DNA from: Candidatus Eiseniibacteriota bacterium
GTDB lineage: Bacteria; Eisenbacteria; RBG-16-71-46; CAVPCR01
DNA: 64,000 nt
Assembly: GCA_963823555.1 (NCBI GenBank)
Contig: CAWGMA010000001.1
Coordinates: 512,001-576,000, forward strand
Direction of reading: 5' to 3'
The notes under the pieces were generated by a model that was not told the origin of the DNA, searched no databases, and saw only the letters and a list, made by a program, of their open reading frames with translations. The first letter of the stretch is position 1, and the number at the start of each line of letters is the position of its first letter. Positions 10,371 to 20,932 of this stretch are shown here, piece by piece. A program made the translations under genes and the position numbers.

Positions 10371-10433
10371 GGTGCGGGAGGGTAGCACCACGGGGTCAGG
10401 GAGGGTAGATGAGATGCCCTGCCCGGCTGGAGC

Positions 10434-10880
10434 CTAGCCCTCGGTTCCGGTTCCGGCCCGGCGGAGGGCGCGCAGGAGTTCGTCCGGCTCGTCGGTGCCG
10501 ATGCGGAAGGTCCGGCCGTTCTTGAACTCGAGTTCGACCGCGTCGCGTCCGGAGACGTTGTAGAGCCAGCCCGATCCAGCCCAGCGGACGCCGTAACCCG
10601 TGAACCAGGAGTTCTTGACCGCCCGGGCCCTCGCGATCTGATCCAGCGGAATCGTCCGGCGCGGCAGACCGAGGCCGAAATGCACCTCGATGGTGCCGTC
10701 ACCGATACGGACCGTGAGGGTGGTGAAGAGGATCACGCAGGCGGCGACCGCGAGGAGGACGCCGACGACGCCAGCCGGCCAGCCTTCCCGCGCTCCGACC
10801 CAGATGAGAGCGGCGAAGGCCACGGCGAATGTGATGACCATCACCTTACCGACCTGCGTGTGGTGATAGTTCTCACTCAT
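10434..10880 (-). CDS. Small membrane protein (2 TM helices plus a possible bacterial PH-like domain)
   Basis: MSENYHHTQ, two TM segments, then GYGVR...WLYNVSG...IGTDEPDEL. The ORF extension to 11369 is antisense to the next gene. Confidence 0.7.
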   Translation of the reverse strand: MSENYHHTQVGKVMVITFAVAFAALIWVGAREGWPAGVVGVLLAVAACVILFTTLTVRIGDGTIEVHFGLGLPRRTIPLDQIARARAVKNSWFTGYGVRWAGSGWLYNVSGRDAVELEFKNGRTFRIGTDEPDELLRALRRAGTGTEG

Positions 10881-10962
10881 GACAGTTCCTCCGCCGGCAA
10901 GCATATCATTGCTCAGCCCCGCGAGCACCGAGACTGGGGCTTCGATGCTATATTCGGCCGCC

Positions 10963-12888
10963 ATGAACCGACGCCGTATCGAGCAGCTCCTGGTTCCGGC
11001 CCGCGCCCGAGTCGAGCGTGTCCTCGGCGGGGGGGCATCCCGCCTTGTCGTTGTCGACGTCGCGGCGCAGCGTCTCCATCTGGTCGAGGGCGATGGTGTC
11101 GTCCTCGATCTGCCCGTCTCCACCGCGGCCGCCGGGGTCGGCGGGGCCGAGGGCTCGCACAAGACGCCGCCCGGTGTGCACACGATCGCCGCGCGCATCG
11201 GCGAAGGCCAGCCGCTCGGTGCCATCTTCGAGAGCCGTGAACCGACCGGGACCCTGTGGCGAGGGGAACCGACCGACGAGGACTTGATCCTGACCCGGGT
11301 CCTCACCCTGGATGGCAGGGAAGACGGAGTGAACCGCGGCCCGGGTCGGGACTCGCTCGCACGATACATCTACATCCACGGCACCAGCCACGAGCACGAG
11401 CTCGGTCGACCGGCTTCCCATGGCTGCATTCGCCTCGCCAACCACGAGATAGTGAGCCTCTTTGACCGCGTCCGGGAGGGCGATCCGGTGGTGGTCCTCG
11501 ACGGTCCGTCGACGCTTCCCGATCCACGAGAGAGTCGCTTCCATTACGCCGGGGTTGCCGGAAGCGGAATGAGCGCGCTCGCCCAGTTCCAGGGCATGCT
11601 CGGCGGGCGGGCCACAGGGAGCGATCGTGCTCTCGACCGCGGCGGAGTGCCGGCCATCCGCGCGGCCCTCGAGCGGGCTGAGGTGGCCATCGTGCCCCAG
11701 GACGGGAGCGGCATCCTCCCGGATACCGACGCCCTCATCGTCTCGACCGCGGTCGAGGACACGGTGCCCGACGTGCGGGCGGCGCGGGCGGCCGGCGTGC
11801 CCATCTTCCATCGCTCGGAGCTCCTGGCCGCGCTCATCGCATCGCGACGCACGATCGCCGTTGCCGGCACCAGCGGCAAGTCGACGGTGGTGGCGATGAT
11901 CTTCGAGCTCCTGCGCGGCGCCGGACGCGACCCATCCCTGGTGACGGGGGGCGATCTCCTGGTCCTGGGCGATGAGGGTTACCTGGGAAATGCCTGGGTC
12001 GGAGGTTCCGATCTCCTCGTGGTCGAGGCCGATGAGAGCGATGGCTCTCTGGTCCGCTACGAGCCGGCGACGGGAGTCGTCCTCAACCTCCAGAAGGACC
12101 ACAAGGAAGAACGCGAGGTGCGCGCGATGTTCGAGACCTTCCGTGCCCGCTGCCGCGAGTCGTTCGTCGTCGGCGAGGGCGAGAACCTGGCGCCGATGCG
12201 CGCCGGAGCGCTCGTCTTCGGCTGCGGCGAGGCTGCGACCCTGCGGGGCGAGGAGATCGAGCTGGGTGCTGAGGGGAGCGCGTTCACGGTCGAGGGCGTA
12301 CGCTACCGGCTCCCGGTCCCGGGCCGGCACAATGTCGAGAATGCGCTCGCCGCGCTTGCCGCGTGTCGCGCCGCGGGCCTCGAGATCTCGGATCTCGCCG
12401 GCCCGCTCGCGCGTTTCAGGGGCGTGGGACGCCGTTTCCAGGTGCTCGGCGTGGCCGGCGAGGTCACCGTCGTCGATGACTTCGCGCACAATCCCGCCAA
12501 GATCCGGGCGGCGCTCGCGACCGCGCGTCTGCGGGAGCCCGGGCGCATCCTCGCCGTCTATCAGCCCCACGGTTTCGGTCCGACGCGGTTCCTCGAGCAG
12601 GATCTCATTCAGGCCTTCGCCGAGTCGCTCGAGCCGCGTGATCACCTCTGGCTCCTCGACATCTTCTATGCGGGCGGCACGGCGACCAGGGACATGAGCT
12701 CCGCCGACCTCGCCGCCGGCATCGCCGCCCGCGGCATCGCCGCCATGGTGGCCCCTGATCGCCAGGCGCTCGTCGCGAGCATCGCTGAGGCCGCCGCACC
12801 GGGAGATCTCGTGCTCGTCATGGGGGCGCGGGATCCCTCGCTCACCGAGCTCTGCCAGGACATCCTCCTTGCCCTGGCCGCGGCCTAG
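10963..12888 (+). CDS. Fusion of a YkuD-family L,D-transpeptidase/carboxypeptidase domain (ElsL-like) with a MurC/Mpl-like Mur ligase
   Basis: N-terminal IYIHGT...SHGCIRL (YkuD His/Cys) with no signal peptide. C-terminal GVAGSGMSALA, P-loop GTSGKST, EADESDG, HNVENA, GRRF, DDFAHNP, QPHG. Confidence 0.88.
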   Translation: MNRRRIEQLLVPARARVERVLGGGASRLVVVDVAAQRLHLVEGDGVVLDLPVSTAAAGVGGAEGSHKTPPGVHTIAARIGEGQPLGAIFESREPTGTLWRGEPTDEDLILTRVLTLDGREDGVNRGPGRDSLARYIYIHGTSHEHELGRPASHGCIRLANHEIVSLFDRVREGDPVVVLDGPSTLPDPRESRFHYAGVAGSGMSALAQFQGMLGGRATGSDRALDRGGVPAIRAALERAEVAIVPQDGSGILPDTDALIVSTAVEDTVPDVRAARAAGVPIFHRSELLAALIASRRTIAVAGTSGKSTVVAMIFELLRGAGRDPSLVTGGDLLVLGDEGYLGNAWVGGSDLLVVEADESDGSLVRYEPATGVVLNLQKDHKEEREVRAMFETFRARCRESFVVGEGENLAPMRAGALVFGCGEAATLRGEEIELGAEGSAFTVEGVRYRLPVPGRHNVENALAALAACRAAGLEISDLAGPLARFRGVGRRFQVLGVAGEVTVVDDFAHNPAKIRAALATARLREPGRILAVYQPHGFGPTRFLEQDLIQAFAESLEPRDHLWLLDIFYAGGTATRDMSSADLAAGIAARGIAAMVAPDRQALVASIAEAAAPGDLVLVMGARDPSLTELCQDILLALAAA

Positions 12889-13899
12889 CTAGACGTAGGG
12901 GCAGGCGACGAAATGCTCAGCGCCGCGATCGACGAGCGGTGGCACGGTGTCGGCGCAGTCGGGGCGCGCGATCGGGCAGCGCGTGCGGAAGGCGCATCCG
13001 GAAGGCTTCGCCAGGGGATTCGGGACCTCGCCCGTCAGGCGAATGCGGCGGCCGCGCCCGCCGGAGCGCGGCACCGGTTGCGGTACGGCGGACAGCAGTG
13101 CCACCGTGTAAGGGTGAAGCGGGCGGCGGATGACTTCGTCGGCTTCACCGAGCTCGATCACGTTCCCCAGGTACATGACGGCGATGCGGTCGGCGATGTG
13201 ATGCACGACGTTCAGATCGTGGGCCACGAAGAGGTAGGAGAGGCCGAACTCCTCGCGCAGCTCGGCGAGAAGATTCAGGACCTGGGCCTGGATCGAGACG
13301 TCGAGCGCGGAGACGGGCTCGTCGGCGGCGATCAGCCGGGGATGGGTGGCGAGGGCGCGAGCGATACCGATCCGCTGGCGCTGCCCGCCCGAGAACTCGT
13401 GCGGGTAGCGGTTGATGTGATCGGGTTGCAGACCGCAGCGGGCAAGGAGCTCGCGTACCCGCTCCTCGCGCTCCGCCCGGCCTAGCTTCGTGTGCAGGCG
13501 CAGCGGCCCGTCCACGATCTCGCGCACGGTGAGGCGCGGATTGAGCGAGGAGAAGGGGTCCTGGAAGATCATCGAGATCTCGGCCCGGTAGGGCCGCATG
13601 GCCTTGGCCCCCAGCGTGAGCAGGTCCACCACACCGCTCTCCGCCAGGTAGCTGATCGTGCCGGAGAGGTGGATCCCGGGCACCATGGCCCGGAGCAGGT
13701 TGACGATCGCGCGGGCCACCGTCGTCTTGCCGCAACCCGATTCGCCCACGAGGCCGAGCGTCTCGCCCGGAGCCAGGGCGAAGGAGACGCCGTCGACCGC
13801 ATTCACGGCCCCCACCTTGCGGCGCAGGAGCCCGCCATAGATGGGGAATGAAACGCGGAGATCCTCGACCGCGAGCAGGGGTGTCACCGGCGTGATCAT
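12889..13899 (-). CDS. oppF: Peptide ABC transporter ATP-binding subunit (OppF/DppF-like)
   Basis: [29 protein letters not shown]-terminal Cys cluster; ATGA overlap with the upstream ATPase. Confidence 0.9.
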   Translation of the reverse strand: MITPVTPLLAVEDLRVSFPIYGGLLRRKVGAVNAVDGVSFALAPGETLGLVGESGCGKTTVARAIVNLLRAMVPGIHLSGTISYLAESGVVDLLTLGAKAMRPYRAEISMIFQDPFSSLNPRLTVREIVDGPLRLHTKLGRAEREERVRELLARCGLQPDHINRYPHEFSGGQRQRIGIARALATHPRLIAADEPVSALDVSIQAQVLNLLAELREEFGLSYLFVAHDLNVVHHIADRIAVMYLGNVIELGEADEVIRRPLHPYTVALLSAVPQPVPRSGGRGRRIRLTGEVPNPLAKPSGCAFRTRCPIARPDCADTVPPLVDRGAEHFVACPYV

Positions 13900-14897
13900 C
13901 GTCCGCTGTCCTCGACCAGATGACATCGCGCCCAGTGCCCGGGTCCGACTTCGAGGAGCTCTGGCTCCTCGGTCTCGCAGCGGGCGAAGACCTCGTCGCA
14001 GCGTGTCCAGAACTTGCAGCCTCGCGGCAGCTCGAGGATCCCTGGCACGATGCCCGGGATCGGATTGAGCCTTCCGCCCTTCGTATCAAGACGTGGCAGG
14101 GAGCGCATCAGGCCGCGCGTGTAGGGATGGGCTGGATGCTCGAAGATGGCCTCCACCGGGCCCATCTCCTGCACCTTGCCGCCGTACATCACGATCACGC
14201 GCTCGCAGGTCTCGGCGACCACGGCGAGGTCGTGCGTGATGAGGAGGAGCGCTGATTCGGGTCGCGCAGCCTTGAGCTCGAGCATCAGGTCGAGGATCTG
14301 GGCCTGGATGGTGACGTCGAGGGCGGTGGTCGGCTCGTCGGCGATGAGCAGCAGCGGGTTGGAGGCGAGCGCCATCGCGATCATGACGCGCTGCCGCATG
14401 CCGCCCGAGAACTGGTGCGGGTAGTCGCGCATGCGCGAGCGCGCCGCCGGGATGCCGACCCGCTCGAGGGCCGTGACCGCGCGCTCGAAGGCTTCAGCCT
14501 CGCTCATCCCCTCGTGCTCGCGCAGCGTCTCCATGACCTGCATCCCGATCGTGAACACGGGATTGAGCGAGGTCATCGGCTCCTGGAAGATCATCGAGAT
14601 CTGCTTGCCGCGGACCTCGCGCATGGCGGTGGTATCGAAGGTGAGGAGATCGCGATCCTTGAACCAGATCTCCCCGCTCGCGATGCGTCCGGGCGGGCTG
14701 GGGATGAGCCGCAGCATCGATAGCGCGGTCACCGACTTCCCCGAGCCCGATTCGCCGACGATCCCGAGAACCTCGCCGGTCATGATGTCGAAGCTCACGC
14801 CGTCGACGGCCGGAGCCTCGCGCCCGTCGAGGTCGAAGACCGTGCGCAGATTCCTCACCGAGATGAGTGGAGTGCCCATGACGCCGCTCGTCGTCAT
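13896..14897 (-). CDS. oppD: Peptide ABC transporter ATP-binding subunit (OppD/DppD-like)
   Basis: [28 protein letters not shown]. Confidence 0.9.
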   Translation of the reverse strand: MTTSGVMGTPLISVRNLRTVFDLDGREAPAVDGVSFDIMTGEVLGIVGESGSGKSVTALSMLRLIPSPPGRIASGEIWFKDRDLLTFDTTAMREVRGKQISMIFQEPMTSLNPVFTIGMQVMETLREHEGMSEAEAFERAVTALERVGIPAARSRMRDYPHQFSGGMRQRVMIAMALASNPLLLIADEPTTALDVTIQAQILDLMLELKAARPESALLLITHDLAVVAETCERVIVMYGGKVQEMGPVEAIFEHPAHPYTRGLMRSLPRLDTKGGRLNPIPGIVPGILELPRGCKFWTRCDEVFARCETEEPELLEVGPGHWARCHLVEDSGR

Positions 14898-16010
14898 CTA
14901 GCGCAACCTCGAGAAGGCGCGCGGGTCGAACGCCTCGCGCACGGCCTCACCGATGAAGACCACCATGATCAGGGTCCCGAACAGGGCGCCGAGGGGGAAG
15001 ATGACCAGGTGCCAGGCGGTGATGTGGGCGAGCCCCTGCCCGACCATCTCGCCCCAGCTGGGTGTCGGGGCCGGGAGCCCGAAGCCCAGGAAGTCGAGGG
15101 CGACGAGCGCCGAGATGTAGCCGACGATGGCGAAGGGAGCGAAGGAGATCACAGGCGTCAGCGCGTTGGGAAGAATGTGGCGGAACATGACGGCCCGCTG
15201 GTTCTCGCCTTGAACGATCGCAGCTGCCACGTAGTCCTTGGCCTTCTCCCGGTAGAACTCGCCGCGGATGTAGAAGGACATGCCGACCCAGCCGAAGAGC
15301 GAGAGCAGCACCGCCAGGAGTGCGATATTCGGTCGCACCAGTGAGCTCACGATGATCATCGTGTAGAGGAACGGGAGGGCGGCCCAGATCTCGACCAGGC
15401 GCTGGCCGAGCACGTCGACCCGGCCCCCGAAGAATCCGAGGATCGAGCCGACCGTGATGCCGAACGAGTAGGCGAGGACAACGACGGCCAGCGCGAAGGT
15501 GATCGAGATGCGGAAGCCGTAGGAGAGGCGGGCAAAGACATCACGCCCGCGGTCATCCGTCCCGAGCCAGTGCCGGTGGCTCGGGGCGTGGGGTGGCTCA
15601 CCCTGGAGATCGGGTTCGAGGAGGAGCGATTCGTTGGGATGGAAGGGGTAGGGCGGCATGATCACCCAGTCCCCTTGCCCTTCGCGGCGGTACTTCGCGG
15701 CGAGGTCGCGGTAGCGGGCCTCGCCCAGTCCCGCCTGGCCGAAGGTCGACGCATCGTAGTACTTGAAGGTGGGGAAGTAGAGCTTGCCCGCGTGACGAAC
15801 CATGATGGCGCGGTTGTTGATCAGGAACGGATTCAAGAAGCTCAGGAGGTAGAGACTGGCGATGATGAGGAACGAGTAATAGCCGCGCTTCAAGTGTCGG
15901 AAACGCCGGAGCCGCCGGCGAAACACCGACTCGGAGCGTGGAGCCGCGGCGGGCGCGGTCGTGCTCTCAGCTGAAGCGGATGCGTGGGTCGATGAGGACA
16001 TAGAAGACAT
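14898..16010 (-). CDS. yejE: Peptide ABC transporter permease, YejE-like (start uncertain)
   Basis: RRFRHLKRGYYS, YFP, HWLGTDDRGRDVFARLSYGFRIS, HILPNA, GEAVREAFDPR. Confidence 0.82.
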   Translation of the reverse strand: MSSMSSSTHASASAESTTAPAAAPRSESVFRRRLRRFRHLKRGYYSFLIIASLYLLSFLNPFLINNRAIMVRHAGKLYFPTFKYYDASTFGQAGLGEARYRDLAAKYRREGQGDWVIMPPYPFHPNESLLLEPDLQGEPPHAPSHRHWLGTDDRGRDVFARLSYGFRISITFALAVVVLAYSFGITVGSILGFFGGRVDVLGQRLVEIWAALPFLYTMIIVSSLVRPNIALLAVLLSLFGWVGMSFYIRGEFYREKAKDYVAAAIVQGENQRAVMFRHILPNALTPVISFAPFAIVGYISALVALDFLGFGLPAPTPSWGEMVGQGLAHITAWHLVIFPLGALFGTLIMVVFIGEAVREAFDPRAFSRLR

Positions 16011-17007
16011 CCGAGATGATGTTCCCGGTCAGGGTCAGGAAGGTGTTGATGACCAGGATGCCCATCACCACCGCATAGTCGCGCTCGACCACCGCATCGA
16101 AACCCAGGTAGCCGATGCCGTTGATGTTGAACACTTTCTCGATCAGGTACGAGCCGGCCATGACCAGCGAGATGGCGTGGCCGAGGCCGGTGGCGATCGG
16201 GATCAAGGAGTTGCGCATGGCGTGCAGGAAGACGACCCGCTGCTCGCTCAGCCCCTTGGCGAAGGCGGTGCGCACGTAGTCCTGGCCCAGGTTCTCGAGC
16301 AGCGAGTTCTTCATGAGCACGGTGAGGGTGGCGAAGCTCCCCACCATGTAGCAAAGAACCGGCAGGAAGGTGTGGTGCAGCTGATCGGTGATCTTGCCGA
16401 TGAGGTTCATCTCGCTCCAGCCCTCGGAGCGGAAGCCTCCGAGCGGAAACACGTCGAAGAAGCTGCCGCCGCCGAAGAGCACGAGGAGCACGGCCCCGAG
16501 TGCCCATCCTGGAATCGAGTAGCCGATGAAGACGATCGCACTCGTCACGAAATCGAAGCGCGAACCGTGGCGCAGCGCCTTCAGGACTCCGAGTGGGACG
16601 CATACCAGGTAGGACAGCGTGAAGCCGATGAGCCCGAAGTAGATCGAGACCGGAAAGCGGGAGCGGATCACGTCCCATACCGGTTCGTTGTACTTGTACG
16701 ACTTCCCCAGATTGAGATGGAGCAGGTCGTTGAGCCAGAGCATGTAGCGGACCGGGATCGGCTTGTCGAAGCGGAACTGCTTCTTGAGCTCGGCGATGGC
16801 TTCAGCCGGCATCTCGACCGATGCCATTCCAGGGCCGGCCCCGCCGCCCGCGGCGCCCCCTTCGCCGGCAGCTGCCATCTTCATCTTCATGATCGCCTGC
16901 TCGATCGGCCCGCCGGGCACGAATTGCATGATCATGAAAACGAGAATGGTGATCCCAAGGAAGGTCGGGATCATGAGCAGGAGGCGGCGGAGGAAGTAGG
17001 TTCCCAT
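15967..17007 (-). CDS. yejB: Peptide ABC transporter permease, YejB-like
   Basis: YFLRRLLLMIPT...PGGPIEQ, FDKP, FGGGSFFDVFPLGG, YVRTAFAKGL, DPRI. Confidence 0.85.
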   Translation of the reverse strand: MGTYFLRRLLLMIPTFLGITILVFMIMQFVPGGPIEQAIMKMKMAAAGEGGAAGGGAGPGMASVEMPAEAIAELKKQFRFDKPIPVRYMLWLNDLLHLNLGKSYKYNEPVWDVIRSRFPVSIYFGLIGFTLSYLVCVPLGVLKALRHGSRFDFVTSAIVFIGYSIPGWALGAVLLVLFGGGSFFDVFPLGGFRSEGWSEMNLIGKITDQLHHTFLPVLCYMVGSFATLTVLMKNSLLENLGQDYVRTAFAKGLSEQRVVFLHAMRNSLIPIATGLGHAISLVMAGSYLIEKVFNINGIGYLGFDAVVERDYAVVMGILVINTFLTLTGNIISDVFYVLIDPRIRFS

Positions 17008-17022
17008 CTTCGATCGCCGGTT

Positions 17023-19023
17023 CTAGAGCGAGGCCGTCGCCTTCTCGGTCGCCTGCTTGTAGGCCTCCCAGAAGTGGATCTCAGTCGGTCCCTGCGGCAT
17101 CGTCACCTGGGGGTTCGTCTTTCCGCCCTCGACGACCTTCTCCTTCTCCGGGTCGACCCACCATGAGTAGAGGATCTGATCGAAGTCCTCGACGCGACTC
17201 AGGTACCAGCGGGGCTGCCCGAGCTTGTTCCAGTAAGCGAACCTCTGGCTCGGTAGATACCATTCCATGACATAGTGGTGCTGGTTGTAGGCGATGCCGT
17301 CGATCTCCCGGATGATCGCGATCCGCTCCTTGATATCGAAGGACCTGTCATAGGCCTCGCAGAGCTCGTCCACCCTGGCGTCCTTGAATCCGGTGATGTT
17401 GTTGTTGTCCTTGAGATCGGCGAGCCGCGAGTGGAGGCTCGTTTCCGGATTGGGGAAGACGAGACCGCCCCAGGCGGTGGAAGTGAGCGCGAACTTGCGA
17501 TCCATCAGGTTCTTCCAGCGCGTCGAGCGGTTGAGGAGCTGGAGGTCGATCTGGATACCGGCCCGCCGGCAATCCTCCTGGAAGATGGTGAGGCTGCGCT
17601 CGGAGAGCTTGGATTCGTACTGGATCTCCAATTGGAGCTTTTGACCATCCTTGACCAGGATGCCGTCGGACCCGCGTTCGGTCCAGCCCGCCTCGGCCAG
17701 GAGCTCCACCGCTTGTTCCGGATCATAGGGGATGGGCTCATTGTCGGGGTTCTGGTAGATCCCCCCCTGGTACATCGAGCACTGGACCTTGTACTCGTTG
17801 TAATACAGCTTCTCGATCATGAGCTCGCGGTTCATGAGGTAGCAGAGAGCCTTCCGCACCCGGAGGTCGTCAAGCGGCGGCCGGCGCGTGTTGATGGCGA
17901 GCCCGCTCACCCCGATCGGTGCATCGGTGAAGACCTTTCGCTTCTGGATCAGGCCGCGCTGGACGCCGTCGATCTTGTCCACCTCCTCGGCCCACCACTG
18001 CGCCTTGGGGATCTGGAGGATGTCGATCTCCCCCTTCTTGAACTTCTCGAAGGCGAGGTTCTCGTCCTTGACGACGACGAACTTGATCTTGTCGATGTTG
18101 CCGCGGCCCTGGGCCAGGCAATCGTCCTGGCCCCAGTAGTCCGGGCGCCGCGTCAGCGTGATCGAGACACCCTTCTCGATGTCCTCAGGGAGCACGATGT
18201 AGGGCCCGCTCACCGCCGTGTACTTGAACTGATACTCGTCGAGGTAGGTCTTGCCGTCGATCTTCCCGATCTCGTGCGCGGGGAAGATGGAGGTGCCGCC
18301 GAAATACTGGAAGTTCCGCCAGTTCCGTTCCTTGACCCTGACCTCCACGATGTACTTGGAGATGGCCCGCGGCTTCTCCATCTTGCCGAAGGTGAAGGCC
18401 GCCGAAGGATCCTGAACGCCCGGATCGGTCTTGAGACGGATGGTGGCGATGACATCCTCCGCGGTCACCTCGTGACCGTCCGACCAGCGGGCCGCAGGGT
18501 TGATGCGGAAACGATACGTCACTTGATCGTCGGAGATCTGCCAATGGGTGGCGAGCCCAGGGACGAACTCGAGGGTGACCGGGTGGATCGAGATCAGGGA
18601 CTCGTAACAGAGGCCACTGATCAGGTAGTTGACATAGTCGTTCCATCCCTGACCGCACTGGCGGAGAGTGGCGGGCCAGTCGTAGATGACCTGCCGGACC
18701 GTGCCGCCCTTGATGGCATTGGGGTCGCCGATGAGCGGATATTCGCTTGCCGTCTGCCAGCCCTCGCCGGTGAAGCCGGGACCGCCGAGCTCCGCGGGGA
18801 CGCTGGCGTCGCCCGCCTGGGGGTCGAAGCTGGGAGTGCAGGTCTCGAGAACGAGGTCCTCGGTGCTGAACGCGGCCCTCTCCTTCCCGGCTCCCGCACT
18901 TTCCGTGGCTTCTCCGGACTTGCCCCTGCCGCATCCCGTAAGCGCCACAGCGACGGCGAGGCTCGCGAGGACCAGTCCGTGACCGAGCGGCGAATAGATC
19001 TGCTTGGAAAGCCGAAGCGTCAT
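17023..19023 (-). CDS. Peptide ABC transporter substrate-binding lipoprotein (family 5, YejA-like)
   Basis: Lipobox ALTGC; DPNAIKGG, ARWSDGHEVTAEDV, SGPY, DLRVRKAL. The ORF extension to 20184 is an antisense shadow. Confidence 0.88.
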   Translation of the reverse strand: MTLRLSKQIYSPLGHGLVLASLAVAVALTGCGRGKSGEATESAGAGKERAAFSTEDLVLETCTPSFDPQAGDASVPAELGGPGFTGEGWQTASEYPLIGDPNAIKGGTVRQVIYDWPATLRQCGQGWNDYVNYLISGLCYESLISIHPVTLEFVPGLATHWQISDDQVTYRFRINPAARWSDGHEVTAEDVIATIRLKTDPGVQDPSAAFTFGKMEKPRAISKYIVEVRVKERNWRNFQYFGGTSIFPAHEIGKIDGKTYLDEYQFKYTAVSGPYIVLPEDIEKGVSITLTRRPDYWGQDDCLAQGRGNIDKIKFVVVKDENLAFEKFKKGEIDILQIPKAQWWAEEVDKIDGVQRGLIQKRKVFTDAPIGVSGLAINTRRPPLDDLRVRKALCYLMNRELMIEKLYYNEYKVQCSMYQGGIYQNPDNEPIPYDPEQAVELLAEAGWTERGSDGILVKDGQKLQLEIQYESKLSERSLTIFQEDCRRAGIQIDLQLLNRSTRWKNLMDRKFALTSTAWGGLVFPNPETSLHSRLADLKDNNNITGFKDARVDELCEAYDRSFDIKERIAIIREIDGIAYNQHHYVMEWYLPSQRFAYWNKLGQPRWYLSRVEDFDQILYSWWVDPEKEKVVEGGKTNPQVTMPQGPTEIHFWEAYKQATEKATASL

Positions 19024-19212
19024 CGGAGCACTCCTTGATTTCTGCTCGCTGGGGAATCCGAGTTCAGAACGGTGGGAGACTGTGCTGGGGCGATGATGGT
19101 AACACAGCCCACGCGGGAGAGGCGCGGGAATCGCCCAGGCGATATACTCGATCCAGGTTCCGGAACCGTCCCGGTCCCGCCCCCATCCCCCCCTCGCAAG
19201 GAGAGGCACGCT

Positions 19213-20616
19213 ATGACCAAGTGCCGGTTGGCTGTGTTCTTCGCGCTCGCCACGGCCGGGCTCGCCGTGACACCGGCGGTTGCGCAGCACCCCCCGGAAA
19301 ACGTCGTTCTCCTGAGCCACCTCGATCGCGGCGAGGAGTACTCGGGCAACTGGGGCTACACCGCGCCCGACGGGACCGAGCTGGCCATCTCGGGCACGAT
19401 TGCCGGGACCACGTTCATCGATGCCACCGTGCCCACGGCCGCCGTCGAGGTGGCCTTCATCCCCGGGCCGGGCTCGATCTGGAGGGAGATGGCGGTCTTC
19501 GGCCACTACTGCTACATCGTCACCGAGGCGGAGGGGGCCGCGCTGCAGGTCGTCGACCTCAGCGATCCGTTGAGCCCCAGCCTGGCCGCGACCCTCAATC
19601 CACCGGCGCTGCCCTTCAGCCGCGCCCATGAGATCAAGATCGACCAGACCACGGGACTCTGCTATGTCGCGGGCACCCGCAATGGCTCGACCTACACTGG
19701 ACTCATCATCCTCGATCTGAACGTCAACCCGCTCCAGCCGGTCCATCTTGGCAGCTGGCCGATTTCGGGGGCGAGTACGGACAACTACGTGCACGACCTG
19801 TCCATCCTCGACGGCAAGGCCTACTGCGCCAACATCTATGCCGGCGAGGTGGTCGTGCTCGATGTCACGCAGCCCGGTGCTCCGCCCGTGCTGCAGAGCT
19901 GGACGTATCCCAGCGCCTTCACCCACAACACCTGGCCGAGCGCGGATGGGTCCTTTCTCGTCACCACCGACGAGAACGCAGGCGGCCATCTCCGGATGTG
20001 GGATGTGAGCGACCTGGATCAGATCCAGCAGACGGACGAGTGGGTCTCGCCGACGGGGGGCCTCGTTCACAACGCCTACCTGCGCGGGAGTCTGTGCTTC
20101 ATGTCGCACTACCAGGATGGGCTGCGCGTGGTGGACGTGTCCGATCCCTACGCCCTCCGGCCCGTGGGCTGGTATGACACGCACCCGGCCGATGGAGGGA
20201 CATCACGCGGCGCCTGGGGCTGCTTCTGCTTCGCCGCCGACTCGACGATCGTCTACATCAGCGACCGGGACACCGGGACCTATATCCTCCGCTACGTGGC
20301 TCCGCCGGTCGCCGTTCTCGACCCCGAGGCGATCGCCCCCAGCGCTCCGGGCAGTATCAGCTCTCCCAACCCCTTCCGGGCCATGACGCGAATCCGCTTC
20401 ACCCTGGCCGAGCCCGGGCCGGTGAGCCTCCGTATCTACGACTCGTCGGGGCGACTCGTCCGTACCCTGGCCGATCGCTCCATGGCGACGGGCCTGCAGG
20501 CCGTGACCTGGGACGGCCGCGATGGGGCCAGTCGCCGGGTGGGAAGCGGCGTGTACTACTACCGTCTCGATGCCCCTGGACTCGGAACCAGCGGGCGGTT
20601 GGTGGTTACTCCATAG
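19213..20616 (+). CDS. Choice-of-anchor B / LVIVD-repeat secreted protein with FlgD-Ig C-terminal domain
   Basis: RBS AAGGAG, signal peptide, WGY, WREM, YVHD, THNTW, HN, GAWG motifs; SPNPF...WDG...SGVYYYR tail. Confidence 0.82.
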   Translation: MTKCRLAVFFALATAGLAVTPAVAQHPPENVVLLSHLDRGEEYSGNWGYTAPDGTELAISGTIAGTTFIDATVPTAAVEVAFIPGPGSIWREMAVFGHYCYIVTEAEGAALQVVDLSDPLSPSLAATLNPPALPFSRAHEIKIDQTTGLCYVAGTRNGSTYTGLIILDLNVNPLQPVHLGSWPISGASTDNYVHDLSILDGKAYCANIYAGEVVVLDVTQPGAPPVLQSWTYPSAFTHNTWPSADGSFLVTTDENAGGHLRMWDVSDLDQIQQTDEWVSPTGGLVHNAYLRGSLCFMSHYQDGLRVVDVSDPYALRPVGWYDTHPADGGTSRGAWGCFCFAADSTIVYISDRDTGTYILRYVAPPVAVLDPEAIAPSAPGSISSPNPFRAMTRIRFTLAEPGPVSLRIYDSSGRLVRTLADRSMATGLQAVTWDGRDGASRRVGSGVYYYRLDAPGLGTSGRLVVTP

Positions 20617-20689
20617 AGGAGGTAGTGCTGGGAGCAGGTGGTGAGGGGAGGCAGGAGGGTCCCCCCAAGGAGAGCGGGAGAATCGGCGG

Positions 20690-20718
20690 TTGACACCTGT
20701 CCGGGTGGCCTGTAGCCT
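20690..20718 (+). promoter_or_regulatory. sigma70-type promoter upstream of the PstS-like/TPR/ExbBD/TonB operon
   Basis: TTGACA (20690-20695), 17-nt spacer, TAGCCT (20713-20718). Confidence 0.55.
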
Positions 20719-20932
20719 TCTGCGGGCCAATCCTCGAGGTTCCGGACCATGCATTTGGCCCGTCCCTCAGGCCGGATAAACGCCTGTCAAAATGCAACTT
20801 AGGCGAGCCAGGCGTTCACTGCGGGATGATCCCCGGCAGGCGCGCGGTCGGCGCTGGCCCGGCCGTACCGGGCGGGCTATTCCCGCCAAACACTGTCTAA
20901 CCATACCGTTGCATGTAGCTGTGAGACTGGGA

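Noticed and set aside
19024..20184. Long N-terminal extension making the substrate-binding protein 1053 aa
   Set aside because: It is the antisense shadow of the choice-of-anchor B gene; the RBS, ATG at 19023 and lipobox define the real start.
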